64,000 bases of DNA from Eledone cirrhosa. Its lineage: Eukaryota. The notes beneath the pieces were generated by a model. The model ran no database searches. It saw only the letters and a list, made by a program, of their open reading frames with translations, and was not told the origin of the DNA. Below, in pieces: positions 61,601 to 64,000 of the stretch. The DNA lies in contig OZ024755.1 in assembly GCA_964016885.1 (NCBI GenBank), positions 44,144,001 through 44,208,000 on the forward strand, read 5' to 3'. The position numbers were made by a program, and so were the translations under genes. The stretch's first letter is position 1, and every line of letters begins with the position of its first letter.

Positions 61601-64000
61601 TACCACAGTTGACATTACCAACATATACAGTGTACCACAGTTGACAGTAGCAACATATACTGTGTACCACAGTTGACAGTACCAACATATACTGTGTACC
61701 AGAGTTGACAGTACCAACATATACTGTGTACCATAGTTGATAGTACCAACGTATATTGTGTACCACAGTTGAGAGTACCAACATACACCGTGTACGACAG
61801 TTGACAGTAAAAACATATACTGTGTACCACAGTTGAGAGTACCAACATAAACTGTGTACCACAGTTGACAGTACCAACATATACTGTGTACCACAGTTGA
61901 CAGTACCAACATATACTGTGTAACACAGTTGACAGAACCAACATGTACCCTGAACCACAGTTGACAGTACCAACGTATACTGTGAACCACTGTTGGCAAT
62001 ACCAACATATACTGTGTACTACAGTTGACAGAACCAACATATACAGTGTACCACAGTTGACAGTACCAACATATACTGTGTACCACAGTTGACAGTACCA
62101 ACATATACTGTGTAACACAGTTGACAGAACCAACATGTACCGTGAACCACAGTTGACAGTACCAACGTATACTGTTTACCACAGTTGAGAGTACCAACGT
62201 ATAGTGTGTACCACAGTTGACAGTACCAACATATACTGTGTACCACAGTTGACAGTACCAACATATACTGTGTACCACAGTTCACAGTACCAACGTATAC
62301 TGTGTACCACATTTGACAGTACCAACATATACTGTGTACCACAGTTGACAGTACCAACATATACTGTGTACCACTTTTGACAGTACCAACATATACCGTG
62401 TATCACATTTGACAGTACCAACATATACTGTGTACCACTGTTGACAGTACCAACATATACTGTGTACCACAGTTGATAGTACCAACATGTACCGTGTACC
62501 ACAGTTGACAGTACCAACGTATACTGTGTACCACAGTTGACAATACCAACATATACTGTGTACCACAGTTGACAGTACCAACATATACTGTGTACCACAG
62601 TTGAAAGTACCAACGTATACTGTGTACCACAGTTGACAACACCAACATATACTGTGTACCACAGTTGACAGTACCAACATATACTGTATACCACAGTTGA
62701 CAGTACCAACATATACTGTGTACCACAGTAGACAGTACCAACATATACTGTGTACCACAGTTGACAGTACCAACATATACTGTATACCAGAGTTGACAGT
62801 ACCAACATATACTGTGTACCACTGTTGACAGTACCAACATATACAGTGTACCACAGTTGACATTACCAACATATACTGTGTACCATAGCTGACAATACCA
62901 ACATATACTTGTACCTCAGTTGACAGTACTACCATATATTGTGTACCACCGTTGACAATACCAACGTATACTGTGTACCACAGTTGACAGTACCAACGTA
63001 TACTGTGCACCACAGTTGACAGTACCAACATATACTGTGTACCACAGTTGACAATACCAACATATACTGTGTACCACAGTTGACAATACCAACACATATA
63101 GTGTACCACAGTTGACAATACCAACACATATAGTGTACCACAGTTGACAGTACCAACGTATACTGTGTACCACATTTGCCAATGCCAACATATACTGTGT
63201 ACCACAGTTGAGAGTACCAACATGTACCGTGTACCACAGTTGACAGTACCGACGTATACTGTGTACCACAGTTGACAGTACCAACGTATACTGATTACCA
63301 CAGTTGACAATACCAACATATACTGTGTACCAGAGTTGACAGTACCCACATATACTGTGTACCACAGTTGACAGTTCCAACATATAAGGTGTACCACTGT
63401 TGATACTACCGACATATACTGTGTAGCACAGTTGACAGTACTAACATATACTGCGTACCACATTTGAGAGTACCACCATATACTGGGTACCACTGTTGAC
63501 AGTACCAACATATACTGTGTACCACAGTTGACAGTACCAACATATACTGTGTACCATAGTTGACAGTACCAACATATCCTGTGTACCTCAGTTGACAGTA
63601 CCAACATATACTGTGTACCACAGTTGACAATACCAACATATACTGTGTACCACAGTTTAAAATACCAACACATATAGTGTACCACAGTTGACAATACCAA
63701 CACATATAGTGTACCACAGTTGACAGTACCAACGTATACTGTGTACCACAGTTGCCAATGCCAACATATACTGTGTACCACAGTTGAGAGTACCAACATG
63801 TACCGTGTACCACAGTTGACAGTACCGACGTATACTGTGTACCACAGTTGACAGTACCAACGTATATTGATTACCACAGTTGACAATACCAACATATACT
63901 GTGTACCAGAGTTGACAGTACCCACATATACTGTGTACCACAGTTGACAGTTCCAACATATAAGGTGTACCACTGTTGATACTACCGACATATACTGTGT
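54050..64000. repeat. Tandem duplication with 5,435-bp period (170 monomers minus 5 bp); second copy truncated by the window end
   Basis: ORF pairs 54316/59751, 55477/60912, 56151/61586, 56968/62403 and 57971/63406 are all offset by 5,435. Five 31-bp marker monomers per unit account for the 5-bp shortfall. Confidence 0.92.
57585..58735. repeat. Tandem duplication of a 576-bp (18-monomer) block nested in the 5,435-bp unit
   Basis: ORF ends 57948/58524 and 57802/58378 are offset by 576. The same pair recurs at 63383/63959. Confidence 0.85.

Larger units (their letters stand above)
1..64000. repeat. 32-bp satellite DNA tandem array, about 2,000 monomers, single orientation, running off both window ends
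   Basis: Positions 1-32 TGTACCACAGTTGACAGTACCAACATATACTG recur at 33-64 and continuously to the end. Most monomers differ from consensus by 0-3 substitutions, with rare small indels. No non-repeat sequence was seen. Confidence 0.99.

Noticed and set aside
236-63991. Hundreds of minus-strand ORFs (up to 846 aa) as protein-coding genes
   Set aside because: They overlap in all three frames with the same peptide, the repeat unit is not a multiple of 3, and there is no unique N- or C-terminal domain. Stops and frameshifts are propagated by duplication. They are an artefact of a stop-free monomer strand.
1-64000. CRISPR array (repeat length of 32 bp with partial palindromes)
   Set aside because: Monomers abut directly with no unique spacers. 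There is no leader and no cas gene.
1-64000. Diversity-generating, antigenic-variation or information-storage cassette system encoded by variant monomers
   Set aside because: There is no reverse transcriptase, recombinase, expression site or template/variable pair. Variant patterns are explained by inherited point mutations plus block duplication.
1-64000. Telomerase-type telomeric repeat
   Set aside because: Variants are inherited in long ordered blocks rather than re-templated, there is no G-rich strand motif, and no terminus is visible.
1-64000. Rolling-circle/concatemer sequencing artefact or synthetic DNA
   Set aside because: Hierarchical shared variants and consistent indel arithmetic between blocks indicate real evolutionary history. 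Misassembly of individual blocks cannot be excluded without reads.
1-64000. Transposon, tRNA, rRNA or inverted segment embedded in the array
   Set aside because: No non-satellite sequence was found on reading through, and the ORF track stays on the minus strand throughout, consistent with a single orientation.

Overview
The whole 64 kb window is one uninterrupted head-to-tail tandem array of about 2,000 copies of a 32-bp monomer (consensus TGTACCACAGTTGACAGTACCAACATATACTG, about 41% GC). I saw no unique sequence, inversion, transposon insertion, spacer or RNA gene. All listed ORFs are on the minus strand and are best explained as by-products of the repeat: the reverse-complement monomer has no stop codon, so all three frames read the same 32-aa peptide. 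The real structure lies in the variant monomers. A 31-bp marker monomer defines a roughly 0.7-1.3 kb higher-order unit. These units are nested in multi-kb duplications (offsets 576, 832, 5,435, 6,845, about 9,100-9,500, 12,663 and 40,177 bp). This is typical of a eukaryotic satellite with complex higher-order repeats, possibly (peri)centromeric or subtelomeric; host and location are inference only. I find no support for a novel protein-coding or CRISPR-like system. Block boundaries were read by eye and from ORF offsets and are approximate to a few monomers.
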